Part shown: piece by piece, positions 36,401 to 48,465 of the stretch
Layout of the letters: every line of letters starts with the position of its first letter
How positions within the stretch are numbered: the first letter of the stretch is position 1
Translations under genes and position numbers: made by a program
Assembly: GCA_965112155.1 (NCBI GenBank)
Contig: OZ218099.1
Strand: one strand, 5' to 3'
Origin: Podarcis liolepis
Taxonomy: Eukaryota
Length of the DNA stretch: 64,000 nucleotides
Notes under the pieces: generated by a model
What the model saw: only the letters and a program-made list of their open reading frames with translations
The model's database searches: none
What the model was told of the DNA's origin: nothing

Positions 36401-38029
36401 ACTCTTCATGTATCCGGCATAGTAGGCTGCAAATCACAAAAGCTTATTTAAAGATGCCACAAGACCTTGCTTTCTTCCGATTACCAATGTGAGAAATGGA
36501 GGGAACTGACTTGGCACTGCTTGTGAAAACAGCCCCATGTTATAAAAACAATTATGCTTGGAGTTACCATATGGTTCAGGAAGGATGAGGTGGGGAAATG
36601 TGTGTTTGGACTAGGACTACTTGCAGAAATTGGCTTAGACTGGGGTTTTTTGTTGCTGGTGTTGTTGGCCTGCGGTGCGCTTAGCTGCCTTTCGCGTTTC
36701 CACTTCCTGTGCCTTGGGAAAGCATGCTTTCCCCAGAAAACATTAACCCGAGTCGGCATATGATCATTGGAGTTGATGGGATGGTTTGCTTTGGTCTAAT
36801 GTAAACAGCAGCCAGATGTCCCTTGGATCTGCTGGGAGAGACTTATGAAGGAACAAAGATATTAGCCTGGAGGGTGTGGCTTGGGGGCAGAAAGCCAGTA
36901 ATTCCTGCTTTCTGTGGTGACTGCTGTTCCAGAAAAGGTTTCCAGCATAAAATGCCCTATTGTTGAGTCCAGGCGACATCTTCCTTCTGTAACATGAACA
37001 GGAAACGGTGTGACAGAAGAGATAGCAACTAATGAGACTGCTTAGTCTTAGCGTAACCCTTCCTGATTTTGTGAACAATTGCTATACTGCCTGCACTGTG
37101 GCCTGTTTACCGCAGCACTTTGGGTGGGATTTGGCACAGGAATCACGTGGAGGTTATACAGAACAGCCCAGCTGCAGAGAGCAAGTGAAGTCGGAGGAGG
37201 GATTTCTGGAGACACCCTAAAGCTTATTCTTGCACGCAGAAACTCACTAAAAGCTTTTGAACCATGTGCACACCTCACACCTGTTGCAATGAGGCAAATA
37301 ATAAAAACCATTTTCTTTTGACACTGGCTGTTTGTCTCCAGGAAGGAAAGGGGGAAATGGCATGTGTGGCTGAACCACTCCTGCAAGACAAACGGGCATC
37401 GCCCTGTTTTTAGTGCCTCCCAACAGTTTCTGCGTTCTCTGGTGCTCTTTTGTGAACGCCCCTCCATCCATCCACATACATACCCACCTCACATCAGAGT
37501 TAGCCGATTTCCCCCTCATATTGAGCCAGTGGGAATATCCACAACTTGCCACCCTCGCGAGTGATGGTGGTCATGGATCTATGCTGATCTGCCTGCAAGT
37601 TCAAAGCTTGCTGTGGGTAATCTGGAAACTGGGCTTGGGCCTCTTTGCCTTAGGTGGATCCACCCTGCTGTGATAGGGCAAGGTAAATATCAGCTCCAGG
37701 AAATGCAGCACCTATTTGGGAACTGGGTGGGAATTTGACCCTACAGCTGTGCTGACTCAGTCCTGAGCTAGGTGCCTTCATCTGATCTTGCTTATAATGG
37801 TCTCTGTTTACTCTGACTTTCTTGGTACCTCTCCCTACCTCTCCCTGATAAATAACTGCCCCGTTAAGACTATCTTGCTACAGTTGTCATTCTTCTGTTT
37901 TGGTCTCTCTTTCTCATATATGTGACCTGCTGCCAAATCTACAGTAACTTGTGGGTGGCAATTTGATGCTACTGCACATGGTATCAGTGCCAAAGTGCCA
38001 TGAATTAACGTACCCTGCCATTTTTAAAC

Positions 38030-38390
38030 TGATATATTTTATTGAATGTTCATAAAGTTTCACATAAACATTCCAATACATAATAGGTTATTATTGTATA
38101 ACAGTAATACAGTAATATCCAATTCCTTCTGTTGCTCATAGTTCACGTCCTGCTCACGAATTCAACATGCTAGAATATTTCTTTACATTATCCAAAAAAA
38201 GGCTTCGGTTCTTCCATAAAACAATTCCCCATAGTCCATCACTTTACTTATCCATTCTTATTTGGTGGGAAATACTCCCATCTTTCCATTTTTATGCATA
38301 AAGAATCCTAGCTGCTGTCATTACATACATAAACAACTTAATCGTTTTTTATTGAACTTCTCTCCCTATAATCCCTACCCTGTCTTTTTT
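38030..38390 (-). mobile_element. Degenerate L1-like 3' fragment
   Basis: Minus strand resembles the L1 ORF2 end and AT-rich 3'UTR; boundaries approximate. Confidence 0.5.
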
Positions 38391-38391
38391 T

Positions 38392-38424
38392 AAACAAACA
38401 AACAAACAAACAAACAAACAAACA
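38392..38424. repeat. (AAAC)8 microsatellite
   Basis: Read directly. Confidence 0.92.
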
Positions 38425-38884
38425 GCAGCTTTGGTTTGCTCTGGACTGTTAATTATGGTGACCCTATTATCATAACTGCACTTTGCTAGTATATCTTTCA
38501 AGTAAAAGAGCAAGCAGGGCATGTTTAAAATGCATGTGACCAGGCCCAAACTGCATCCAGTTGCAACATACCAATGTGCTCCTTCCCTTCTCATTCCTCC
38601 ATACTCACAGACCCTGAGAGTAAATGTTACTTAATGAGTTATCTTTTTTGAAAGAAAGAAAGAAAAATGGCTTGGTCATGAAAGCCACAAGGACAGGATA
38701 TTGCAGAATAAGCGTACACAGCATCTGGGGTGGAGAAGCCTTTTATAATCAGCCTGTTTGGATTAGGGAAAGGCAGGCTGTGAGCCTTGTTGTGGAAATG
38801 GAGGTGTTTTTAAGAACACAAATGTGTCACTTTTACCTGTGAGTGTTGGGAAGGTATGCCTTCAATAGTATTAAAACTCTAGGC

Positions 38885-39020
38885 CAGGCTTCCTCAACCT
38901 CGGCCCTCCAGATGTTTTGAGACTACAATTCCCACCATCCCTGACCACTGGTCCTGCTAGCTGGGGATCATGGGAGTTGTAGGCCAAAAACATCAGGAGG
39001 GCCGAGGTTGAGGAAGCCTG
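38885..39020. mobile_element. 136-bp palindromic hAT MITE
   Basis: TIR CAGGCTTCCTCAACCTCGGCCCTCC; 8-bp TSD ctctaggc/ctctagga. Confidence 0.9.
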
Positions 39021-39652
39021 CTCTAGGAGCTGAATTCATCCCTATTCAGTATTAAGGGCCTACACGCTTAGAACCATGTGAGGCAGAGATAGGAAACTTG
39101 TAATGCCCTCCAGATGTTACACTCCACCTGTGATCACTGGCCATGCTGGCTGGGACTGATGGGTATCTGAGTCCAACAACATCTGGAGGGCTGCAGGTTC
39201 CCCATCTCTGATGTAAGGGGAGAGCAGTGCAAAGGCATATTTGCTATCCCCATCCCCTTCTGTCATAGTCCCAGGAGCCTGGACCTGCAACCCCCCACCC
39301 CCATGCCTTTGAGCCCCATTTATGTGCTGGGGGAGACCTGCTCTTACTTGGCTCCCTGCTAAGTTTAGAACTTCAGACACACAGGCTTCTAAACTGTGTA
39401 GGGAGCAGAGAACGGCAAGTTCCCTGCTGAAGACCTTCACCCTCTGAATACATGGTAGATGGTGGGACAAGACAATGAGGATGCGATATGAGTCCTTTAA
39501 CACCTGATAGCACTTTCCACCCCTTCTAATTCAGATGCCTTATTGCTGGCAGAAACACTTGGTGGAACCTGCATTTAAACATGGATGCAGCAGGGTTTGA
39601 AATTAGCAGGGTGCCAGGCAAATTTCGCGCCTAAAGTTTCTCCATTTGCGAA

Positions 39653-39984
39653 CGCTGTGGGTTAAACCACAGGGCCTAGGACTTGCCAAACAGAAGGTCG
39701 GTGGTTCAAATCCCCACGACGGAGTGAGCTCCCGTTGCTCGGTCCCTGCTTCTGCCAACCTAGCAGTTCGAAAGCACATCAAAGTGCAAGTAGATAAATA
39801 GGTACTGCTCCAGCGGGAAGGTAAACGGTATTTCCGTGCGTTGCTCTGGTTCGCCTTAGTCAGGCTGGCCATATGACCCAGAAGCTGTACGTCTGCTCCC
39901 TCGGCCAATAAAGCAAGATGAGCGCCGCAACCCCAGAGTCGGTCACGACTGGACCTAATGGTCAGGGGTCCCTTTACCTTTACC
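39653..39984 (+). mobile_element. Sauria SINE (Squam1)
   Basis: Closely similar to the 20138 element; ACCTTT tail. Confidence 0.92.
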
Positions 39985-40868
39985 TAAAAAAAGTGGCTGC
40001 CATTTTTTGTGCCTGGCACACTCAAGGATTACTGAAATGTATGTGCTTTGAACCCTCACAGTGTATGTTAAGGATAGGCAATATGTTAAGGAGTTTAACA
40101 AACAGGAGAGTGTTTTGAATACTGAAGTATGGTATTTTTTTAAAAAAAAATTTGCAGACAGCAAATTAAACAGTATTAACAGTTTTAACAATGTATGTTA
40201 AAAATGTCATATTAACAATGTGTCACTTATATGAATTGCATATTGGTTCAGGATTATCAAAATAAAATGTTGCCGACCCCCCTCCCCAAAATGGTGACTA
40301 GACAAATCTGTTTTGGCGCCCACAACCCAGGTCCCAGGAGCCATTTGGCTCCTAGCTTTTCTACCCTGGTTTCTAACACTGCATTGGATGGTGTATTTGA
40401 GCCCAGCTTTAGTTGTTAACAGACTGTTACCCCCTTGTTGCTTATTACGAAGCTTTGCTGAAGTATTGTCTTGAAACTCTTCCTTTTTATTTGAAACCAC
40501 GATGCACACCTTAAGGTCAAATCAGTGGTGATTTCACACTGCAGAGTAGCTGGCAGTGCAAATTTTACTTCAGAATGAAAAGCAAATGTTAACTCTGTTC
40601 TAGTGTCTTGTAGTGAACAATACCTGTAAAGTTTTTTGTACTTTGATTTCATTATATGTGTTGGAAGCCGCCCAGAGTTATATATTATTTATAATATATA
40701 AATAAAATAAACAGAATAAATAATAAAATTATTATTAGTTATTATCCCCCCCCCTTTGGTGCAATTGTGAATCTTGATGCAATATTCTGCCCGACTCCAG
40801 TGGTGCAGTTCTTGTTGGTTATGCATGGACAATTCCGCCACTAATGGTTGGGTTTCTCTTCCACACAG

Positions 40869-41057
40869 CTCTGCGGCATTGCTCTGATCGCCTTGGGCAT
40901 TTATGTACAGATTGAACTCAAACACACCCTGGTGATGACCAGCGCCTCTGCTTCAGGCCCTCCCATTGTCATCCTGGCTGTTGGAGTTATAGTCTTCTTC
41001 ATCTCCTTCTTTGGCTGCTGCGGAGCGTTAAAGGAGAACTACTGCATGGTCACCACG
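40869..41057 (+). CDS. CD63: CD63 coding exon 2 (LCGIALIALG...GCCGALKENYCMVTT)
   Basis: cacacAG acceptor, ACG|GTGAGG donor, 189 nt, tetraspanin GCCGA.KEN motif. Confidence 0.97.
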
Positions 41058-41262
41058 GTGAGGAGAATGAAGGGGAGCTAGGCATTGGAATCGCAGGGTG
41101 GGAAGCTGAATTCTTAGATCTGACTGGCTGGAGGGAGCTAATATAGCTTAGTAGTCGGGACTGCAACCTCTAAAGTTCCATCTAATCCAGGCACCTGAGC
41201 CTTTGGCACCCCACCCTTTCTAGAGCTTGAGAAATTGAAGGCAGTAAGGATAGCGAATAAAC

Positions 41263-41398
41263 CAGGCATAGGCAACCTTCGGCCCTCCAGATGTTTTGGA
41301 CTACAATTCCCATCATCCCTGACCACTGGTCTTGTTAGCTAGGGATCATGGGAGTTGTAGGCCAGAACATCTGGAGGGCCGAAGGTTGCCTATGCCTG
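41263..41398. mobile_element. 136-bp palindromic hAT MITE
   Basis: TIR CAGGCATAGGCAACCTTCGGCCCTCCAGATG; TSD gaataaac/gaataagc. Confidence 0.9.
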
Positions 41399-42134
41399 GA
41401 ATAAGCCGTGCTTGCAAAGTACGTAAGTTACGCTTCGTTTTACTGCTGATCTAAGACCTGTGTTGTTAACCTTGCCCTGGTACAGGTCTCAAAACCATCT
41501 TGCCCAGGGGTAGTCAATATGTTGCTCTCCATATGTTGTGCTACGGCTGCCACCAGCATGATAAGGGTTTCATAATTTTTGAACACGAAACATGGGTTGT
41601 GTGTGCACGCTATGCAAAAATCACAAAGCAGGAAAAACAATGAAGCCAGCCAATGTCTCTACATACTTCATCCTTATTTAAGACATTGTGATACTTCAAT
41701 ATATTGCAATGTTTAGCTGTCGCTCAGACCTAGCCTCAATTAGCATGGCCAATGGGTGATCAGGGACATTGGGAGTTGGGGGGCACCACATTGGCAACTA
41801 CTGTTCTAGCTTGTCATCGTTTCCCATTTTGAATATTGGGAGTCAGGATGGGGCAAATCACTGGCTTCACAGAACAGATTTGATAGGCTTTGAATAAGAA
41901 TGGGTTCTGTCTCCTCTGGCTGGCTAGGCCACTGCAGACAACAGGGCGGGAGAGTTATTTAGACAAAGCTCTCCTTTTCAGAGGTAGGGCTGTTTCTTAA
42001 GTGGACACAGTCTTTGCTGTCAGAAGGTGAGATTCATATGAATAAGGGTGAAGGCCCAAAATGAAGAGTGGCAGTGAGGCTGGGATCAACAAGCACTCCA
42101 TAGATATTATTAACAATTGCATTTCCTTCAATAG

Positions 42135-42209
42135 TTTGCTGTGTTGCTGACACTGATCTTCCTGGTGGAGATTGCAGCTGCCATTGCTGGCTACATCTAC
42201 AAAGATGAG
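42135..42209 (+). CDS. CD63: CD63 coding exon 3 (FAVLLTLIFLVEIAAAIAGYIYKDE)
   Basis: AG/GT boundaries, 75 nt, third transmembrane helix. Confidence 0.96.
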
Positions 42210-42324
42210 GTAAGAGATACTTCTGGGTCCCATTGTTGTGGGTAAAGGGTGGTTCTGCTGTTATCTCCAGATGTTTGCTGCAACCCCCTGGAGCAGTGGT
42301 AGCCAACATGGGGGTCTCCAGAGG

Positions 42325-42845
42325 TTTTTTTCTTCCATATTTTTTATTGATTTCAGAGGTTTTGCAAATTTACTTAAATTTCAATATGTTTTACTTAGAA
42401 TTTTGACTTTTTATTTTTTTTATTCAATTTTCTGTTTTACAATTTAGGATATTCATTTAGACAACTTCAAAATATCAGTGACTTCCCTTCTCTTTCCATG
42501 GTTCATTTTGCATAGCATAAACCACTGCCTGTTTTATATAAACTAAACCATTCAGTATTTCATTTTCACTTCCATCAGAACTTATTTACACTGTTGAATT
42601 TATCTTAACGTTGCCAGCGTTTTCAAGTGTACACAATTTCCCCCATATATTCAATAAACATTTTCCAATCTTCTTTAAATGTATTTTCTTCTCGTTCTCT
42701 TATTCTATATGTTAGATCCGCAAGCTGCGCATATACCATCAGTTTAAGTTGCCATTCTTCTTTGGTTGGGACCTCGCTCGTTTTCCATTTTTGGGCTAAC
42801 AAAACACAGGCCGCTGTAGTGGCATACATAAATAACCTTTTTTAA
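42325..42845 (-). mobile_element. L1 3' fragment (ORF2 C-terminus and 3'UTR)
   Basis: YATTAACVLLAQKWKTSEVPTKEEWQLKL..EDWKMFIEY; T-rich tail on +. Confidence 0.8.
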
Positions 42846-43950
42846 AATAAAATTTACTTCCCACCCTTACCTCCATGATGTTTTTATTCCCACCCTTTAT
42901 CTACTGCTTTATATAACATATTTTTATCTGATACAATTATCCTCAGTTTCACTTATCGTTGTTTTCTTTCCGCTGCTTGTAATTCAAACCCTGCCCACTT
43001 TTTTTAAACCAGAATAACTTGTTAAAATAAAGTTTCTTTAGTCACATGCAGACACTTGTTATCAAGATTCAGTCATCATAGTTCAAGTGTCAGACAATTA
43101 AACAAATCACTTCTTCCAAACATGGCACAAGAAGTTGACCCCATCAAAGCAGACCACAAAATTTAAGCGTTTGTTTGATGTTCTTCCATACATGTTGAGC
43201 TTCTTCAGGTAGCAGTCTTATTGAGTGAAATAATAGAAGCATTATTCTTGTATGTGTGTGTTTTCTCAATGTCTGTTAAATGTCAGATTTGATCCAAAGG
43301 CTTCCTCTTGCTTCCATTTGCTCCTGGCGGGCTTACGCCAGGTCCAGCTTCTTCTGCGTGACCGCCAGCTGGTCCTGCAGCCGCTTCTTCTGCCAGTCGA
43401 GGTAGCGCCTCCGCGCCCTGTTTGCCTGCCAACCCACCAGCAGCCCCGAAGCGAAGGCCAGCACTGCCACCTTCACAGAGCGCTCTGAGCGCAGCACCAT
43501 GTTTCCCCCCCCCGCCCACGTTTTAATTTGACTGTAGCAGTTCTTCAGAGGGTCTCCACTCTTCCATAAACAGTTTGTCACTTTGATCTGCTATTTCACA
43601 ATTTCCACATAGTCCATTAAACTTTTGAAGTCATTCCTCTTTGGTTAGTACCTCTCCTCCTTTCCATTTCTGCGTGTACAGGATTCTGGCGGCTGCTGCT
43701 GTTGCATAAATGAATAGCTGAACCATCCTTTTTGGGACCTCCATCCCTATTATCCTTTGGTAGAAAAGCTTCGGGGCTTTTGGGAATAACCAACTTGAAT
43801 TTTTTTCTTCAATTCATTATGTATCATTTCCCAAAAGTCTTTAGCGTTTTATACATGTCCACTACATAGGATAAAATGACCCTTCAGCATGTTTGCATTC
43901 CCAACATTTATTTGACACATTCTTACACATCTTAGCCAGTTTGTTTGGTC
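42846..43950 (-). mobile_element. Second L1 3' fragment, split by the MTLN retrocopy
   Basis: CWECKHAEGSFYPM*WTC zinc-knuckle remnant; ..SQIKTWAG|FEL reads through when the insert and one TSD are removed. Confidence 0.75.
43333..43500 (-). pseudogene. MTLN: Mitoregulin (MTLN/MOXI/SMIM37) processed retrocopy with open 55-aa ORF; whole insert about 43004-43509
   Basis: MVLRSERSVKVAVLAFASGLLVGWQANRARRRYLDWQKKRLQDQLAVTQKKLDLA* closely matches recalled mitoregulin; 15-bp TSD (13/15), TT|AAAA site, short A-run. Confidence 0.9.
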
Positions 43951-44328
43951 AGCAGGTGATTTTTAGCTAGAACATCCCTCGCTTCTGCCATTGGCCCTCC
44001 TGGATGAGGTTGATGAGAGTTGAGCGTCCCAGCAACAAATAGAAGTTGTATGTTGGTCACACCTGCTCTAGAGAGAGATAGGCAGAGGGAATATCTAAAG
44101 AGAAACACTTTTTAAAAAAATCACTGGATTGACCCTGAGATTGAAGACCATCACTAGAGAATTCATCCAGAAGTTCCTCATGTTCTCACAAGGGGAGGAA
44201 CTTCCTCAGGCACGCTTAATTTACCCATGTTTTTGGTCTTGGCTAAATCTTAAGGAGGCTTAGTCACCCTCATCAGATGTCCTAAATTTAATTCTTCCCT
44301 TTCCTTTTCTGCTTGCTTCCTCTTCCAG

Positions 44329-44424
44329 ATCAAAACGGTGATTGACAAAGAAATCAGGGCAGAAATAGCAGTCTACAAAAGTAATAAAGAAGTTAAGAAT
44401 TTGTTGGATGACATGCAGCAGAAG
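44329..44424 (+). CDS. CD63: CD63 coding exon 4 (IKTVIDKEIRAE...LLDDMQQK)
   Basis: Long pyrimidine tract with cAG, AAG|GTGAGT donor, 96 nt. Confidence 0.94.
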
Positions 44425-45279
44425 GTGAGTGTAACATAGAAGGCCTGCTTCCTAGATCTAATTGTTGGGGAGGCAATGCTGGCAGGGGATCGTCCTTGTT
44501 TTCTGATGGCATCTTCTGCTAAGAGCTGGGAACAAAACCCCACCCATAATTTGAAGGGTAACTTTGAACATTTTCAAGGGCCAAGGTGTACCCAATGGGA
44601 TTCTTCACTTCTCGGCAGATCCCCATGTCATATCACAGACTCCTTCTGAAAGTGCCCTCAGTATTATAATAGTTTTGCCAAGTAAAGCTGTCTTGGAGAT
44701 ATGGATCTGTTGGTACATTAGATCCTCCCATTTTAAAAATGGCATTGTTGTGTTAATATCCCCCTTTCCTCTTTAAAGACAGTAAGTCAACCACTGAAAG
44801 GTTGAATCAGTGCTGGGGTGGAATCAGTGGTCATGGTGCATGTTGGTGCCAGTGACATGGGGAAATAAATGGAAGGTCCTGGAAGCAAAATCTAAGTTAT
44901 TAGGTAGATTGTAGAAAGCCAGGGCCTTCAGGGTAGATTCCTCTGAAATGCTGCTGGTTCCACACAAGAGATTGCTTTCTGAAACCTTTGTCTACACAAG
45001 CAAGCAGGTACAACCAGGCAGAAATGGTCCAGTTTCTTTTGGGGTGGCAATAACAGCTTTGTAACACTGCAAAAGAACAACAACAATGAAAAAGGAGTTA
45101 GATTAAATCACTATAAATTGGTGATTCAGAGGTTTAATTTGAAATCAAGCTGGATTTGGTATCTCTGGTAACCTCTCTGTTAATGTTGGCTGTATGATCC
45201 GTATTGTTTTATTGGTACTGTTGCTGCAGATTTGTTATGGCCTTTGGCTAAAACAATAAACTTACATTGATTGGTATAT

Positions 45280-45975
45280 GTAAATGGACAATTGCCAACA
45301 AAGACCAATAGAAGTCACATTTGAATTCAAAAAAAGAAACTTCCCGAAAATGAGGGGTATAGTAAAAAGACGGTGAAAGGGAACCTGGTGGAGATAGTTG
45401 TTCTTCAACAGTATGCTATTTTCATGGTTGACAGTCTACATAATTGATAAAGAGGATGGGCGCAAAGCAGAATGGACGACCAGAGGAAATTAGACTCTAT
45501 CAAGACGAATGACGGTGCAGCCCCTGTACTGGTTTTTGACGAAATTGAAGCTGCCATCGGTGCAAATGAGATGGCGAAATAACAAAGAAATGTTTTAGAA
45601 AAGGGCAACCAAAATTATCAAGGCAGTGGCGCAATTCGCCTACGGTGAATGGTTATGACATGTGGTTTTCAGTTTTGAGAAAAGGCAACTGAGGAGGGGG
45701 CATGTGTACGTTGATGCCTGGTGTGGAGAAAGAGAATGGAGAAGCTTTTCTGTCTCATAACATTAGAACTCAAGACATCAAATGGAGCTGATCATTGGAA
45801 TATTCAGGGTGGACAAAAAATACATACTCTGCATGCCTCTGAATATCAGTTTTTGGGAATCGCAAGTGGGAAGAGAGTGCTTGCCTGCTTCCTATGGGTA
45901 TCTGATTGGCCGCAGTGATAGTAGTAGGCTGTTGAACTATAATGGGTCTTTGGCTTGATCCAGGAAGGCTCTTAC
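45280..45975 (+). mobile_element. Patchwork of degenerate LINE fragments (CR1 plus a probable RTE-like piece)
   Basis: AAAAGGGCAACCAAAAT..GAGAAAAGGCAACTGAGG CR1 ORF2 end; EIEAAI-type linker. Confidence 0.55.
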
Positions 45976-46212
45976 ATTGTTATTAAAGGCTGTTGAACTT
46001 GAACCTGGATTCAGTGATTCAACGGGTAGTTTTGTGCAGATCACTACAGTTGCCCTCTGTTCCCTATTTGCAAAATGGGAGTGATGGATGGATTACCATG
46101 CAGAATACTTGGGTATGTTAAGGAAATGTTCTCCGTTCTGGGAGTTAACAATCCCTGTTGGCCTGGAAGATACTAATCTCTCTCTCCCACCCTCATCTCT
46201 CTCCAATTGTAG

Positions 46213-46347
46213 TATAGCTGTTGTGGAGCCTCCAATTACACGGATTGGTTTAACGGAACTACGCCCTCAAATATACCTTCATCCTGCTGCAAACACAATG
46301 ACACCGATTGCCAAAGTAATCCAACCGTAGAAAAAATCAACCAGGAG
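46213..46347 (+). CDS. CD63: CD63 coding exon 5 (YSCCGASNYTDW...PSSCC...NQE)
   Basis: CCG and PxSCC motifs of the large extracellular loop; AG/GT boundaries, 135 nt. Confidence 0.96.
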
Positions 46348-46441
46348 GTATGATTGGATGAGTGCTGGGGAAGGAGAGCTTTGTTCCTAGCATGAGGGTT
46401 TGGGCGGATGCTATAAAACCTTGTTCCCTCTCTCCCTGCAG

Positions 46442-46525
46442 GGCTGTGTAACAAAAATAGAAGCCTGGTTGAGAAAACACATCATCATTGTGGCTGGAGT
46501 GGCATTGGGCATTGCCTTCTTTGAG
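46442..46525 (+). CDS. CD63: CD63 coding exon 6 (GCVTKIEAWLRKHIIIVAGVALGIAFFE)
   Basis: ccctgcAG acceptor after a 94-nt intron, GAG|GTACCA donor. Confidence 0.96.
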
Positions 46526-47766
46526 GTACCAAGAATTATAATAGATTATGGGGAACTGTGGGTGGGTGGGTGGGTGGGTGGCTGGGTGCGCATACATGCA
46601 CATCTGCACCATGATGTTGTTATGCTGGGGCAAACTAGTAACTACAGATCTGTCTCTATTCAGTGCTTTTCTTTTTTAAAAAGAAGTTTTGACATTAACA
46701 TCTGGATCTTTCAACCCGGATAAGTGATCTGGGTTAAATATTTCCATCATCCTGGATTTTAGTATCTTTAGTTAGCAGCAATGGAATCTGCAGGACTCTG
46801 AAACCCAACTTGTGGCTTCTGGGCAAGCCTGCTTTTGGGACTTCACCCAAGCATTGCCCACCTATTTCTCCAGAGTTTTGTTCACAGTCTTAAAAGGTTT
46901 AGAAACGGCTCCCCCTGTCATCCAAACAAAAGGAGAAGATACTTGAACTTGGCACCATAGGTCCATTCCATGTAGAACTTGTGATTCAGTAATCCAATGT
47001 GCATCTGATGTACACAGAGTGTTGCGTTGTATCCTGTGTCCCATCTGTACTGCTGACTAGCAGACTAGTGTGTAGTGTTAAGCTGCGAAGTAATGCTACT
47101 AGTGTTCTGCAGAGCTCTTCCATGCCACTTTGCTCTAGCTCAGAATATTCCCCCAGCTTGTCAAGTCTATACTGTGGGCGGTAGAAATGTGTTGGCCCAC
47201 GTTTGATTCACTAAAGCAAATTGCAAGCACTGGAGAGATACCGGTACTGCTTGCTGTCATTACAACCGTGGTGGATTGTGCCCTTCATTTGGCAGTCTAG
47301 TGCAGAGCTCGGGGCATGGGGATTGTTACGGGGAAATGGGCTACCTGAGTAAACAAAAGTAGCTTGTGAGCTATATAACTGGTTCCTGTGGCATGTGCCA
47401 ATGCAGGCTTGAACTGTTTGGACTGTAGAGGGATTGCCTTGCTGCCAGTTCCCCTTGCCTGCAAAGTTATGACTGCCTAAACAATCACCTGAAGTGGAGA
47501 CCTAAAGCTCCATAGGAGAGTATCTGCTTTGCATGCAGCAAGTAAGCAAATAACGGCTCTGCATGTAAAAGTTAAGCAAATTTGGTGGCACATTTCAAAG
47601 AGCTGAGCAGGAAAAATTTCTTGCACACGCGCACACCCTAGGAAAGGATGGGAGAAGTGGTTGCATGGGCTCTATTCCTTGTAGGGCCACTGTGTAGTGA
47701 AACATTCACTTACTTGCAAATTACACCTCACAGCTGATACAATTTTCTTGTAACTTCTTTCCTCAG

Positions 47767-47832
47767 CTCCTGGGCATCATTTTTGCTTGTTGTCTCATGA
47801 AAGGAATCCGCAGTGGCTACGAGGTTATGTAG
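47767..47832 (+). CDS. CD63: CD63 last coding exon (LLGIIFACCLMKGIRSGYEVM*)
   Basis: C-terminal GYEVM lysosomal sorting signal, diagnostic of CD63; TAG at 47830-47832. Confidence 0.97.
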   Translation, partial: LLGIIFACCLMKGIRSGYEVM

Positions 47833-48459
47833 CCGCATCTCATCTTATCACATCTGGTTACTGCAGCAGCAATCACAGAACCCCTGGGATATTTCTGTCT
47901 CCTTTTTCTGGGGGTACAACTGACCATTATATATGCCTGTAGAACAGGCGCTGGGTGAATGTCTCCTCTTCTGTTCCCTTTCTTGAACACATATGCCACC
48001 CTCCCAAGGATTCACACGTTGCCTTATCTCCCCCCACCCCAATCCCCTAATGGGATGTTTCCCTCAAAGTTCCTATCTTCTGTGCCTCATTCAACACTCC
48101 ATTCCTACTTCAAAAGTTGCATTAGCTTTCATGCTATACTTCACGATCTAGTGAGCATCTTGTGATAAACGACTGCTATTGTATTCCAGCAAATTTTCTT
48201 AGTCCCTTTCATAGGCCAGAGCAAGAACCTTTGAACTTTTGCTTCTCCCAGATTCAATCTTCAAGACTTCTGGACCTGCAGCATTTCCCCCCGACACCTC
48301 ACCTAATAAGTAGACTGCTTATATACTTTAGGATGCTCCTTTCCCCCCCCTTGGAAAGACTGTCTGTTTAATCAAGTGAGCATAGTTGTTTTGGAAACCA
48401 CAACGGGATGGAAAATTGTGGGGATTTTGTTTTTTTAGCCAGTAATTCATTATTTGGAA

Positions 48460-48465
48460 AATAAA
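48460..48465 (+). terminator. Probable CD63 polyadenylation signal
   Basis: AATAAA about 630 nt after the stop, followed by GT/T-rich sequence. Confidence 0.7.

Noticed and set aside
45455-45582. APVLVFDEIEAAIG, resembling a Walker B motif (possible foreign ATPase)
   Set aside because: Short, bounded by stops, no Walker A, and embedded among CR1 fragments; it fits the 'EIEAAI..MK..KA' linker of RTE-type LINEs with a frameshift.
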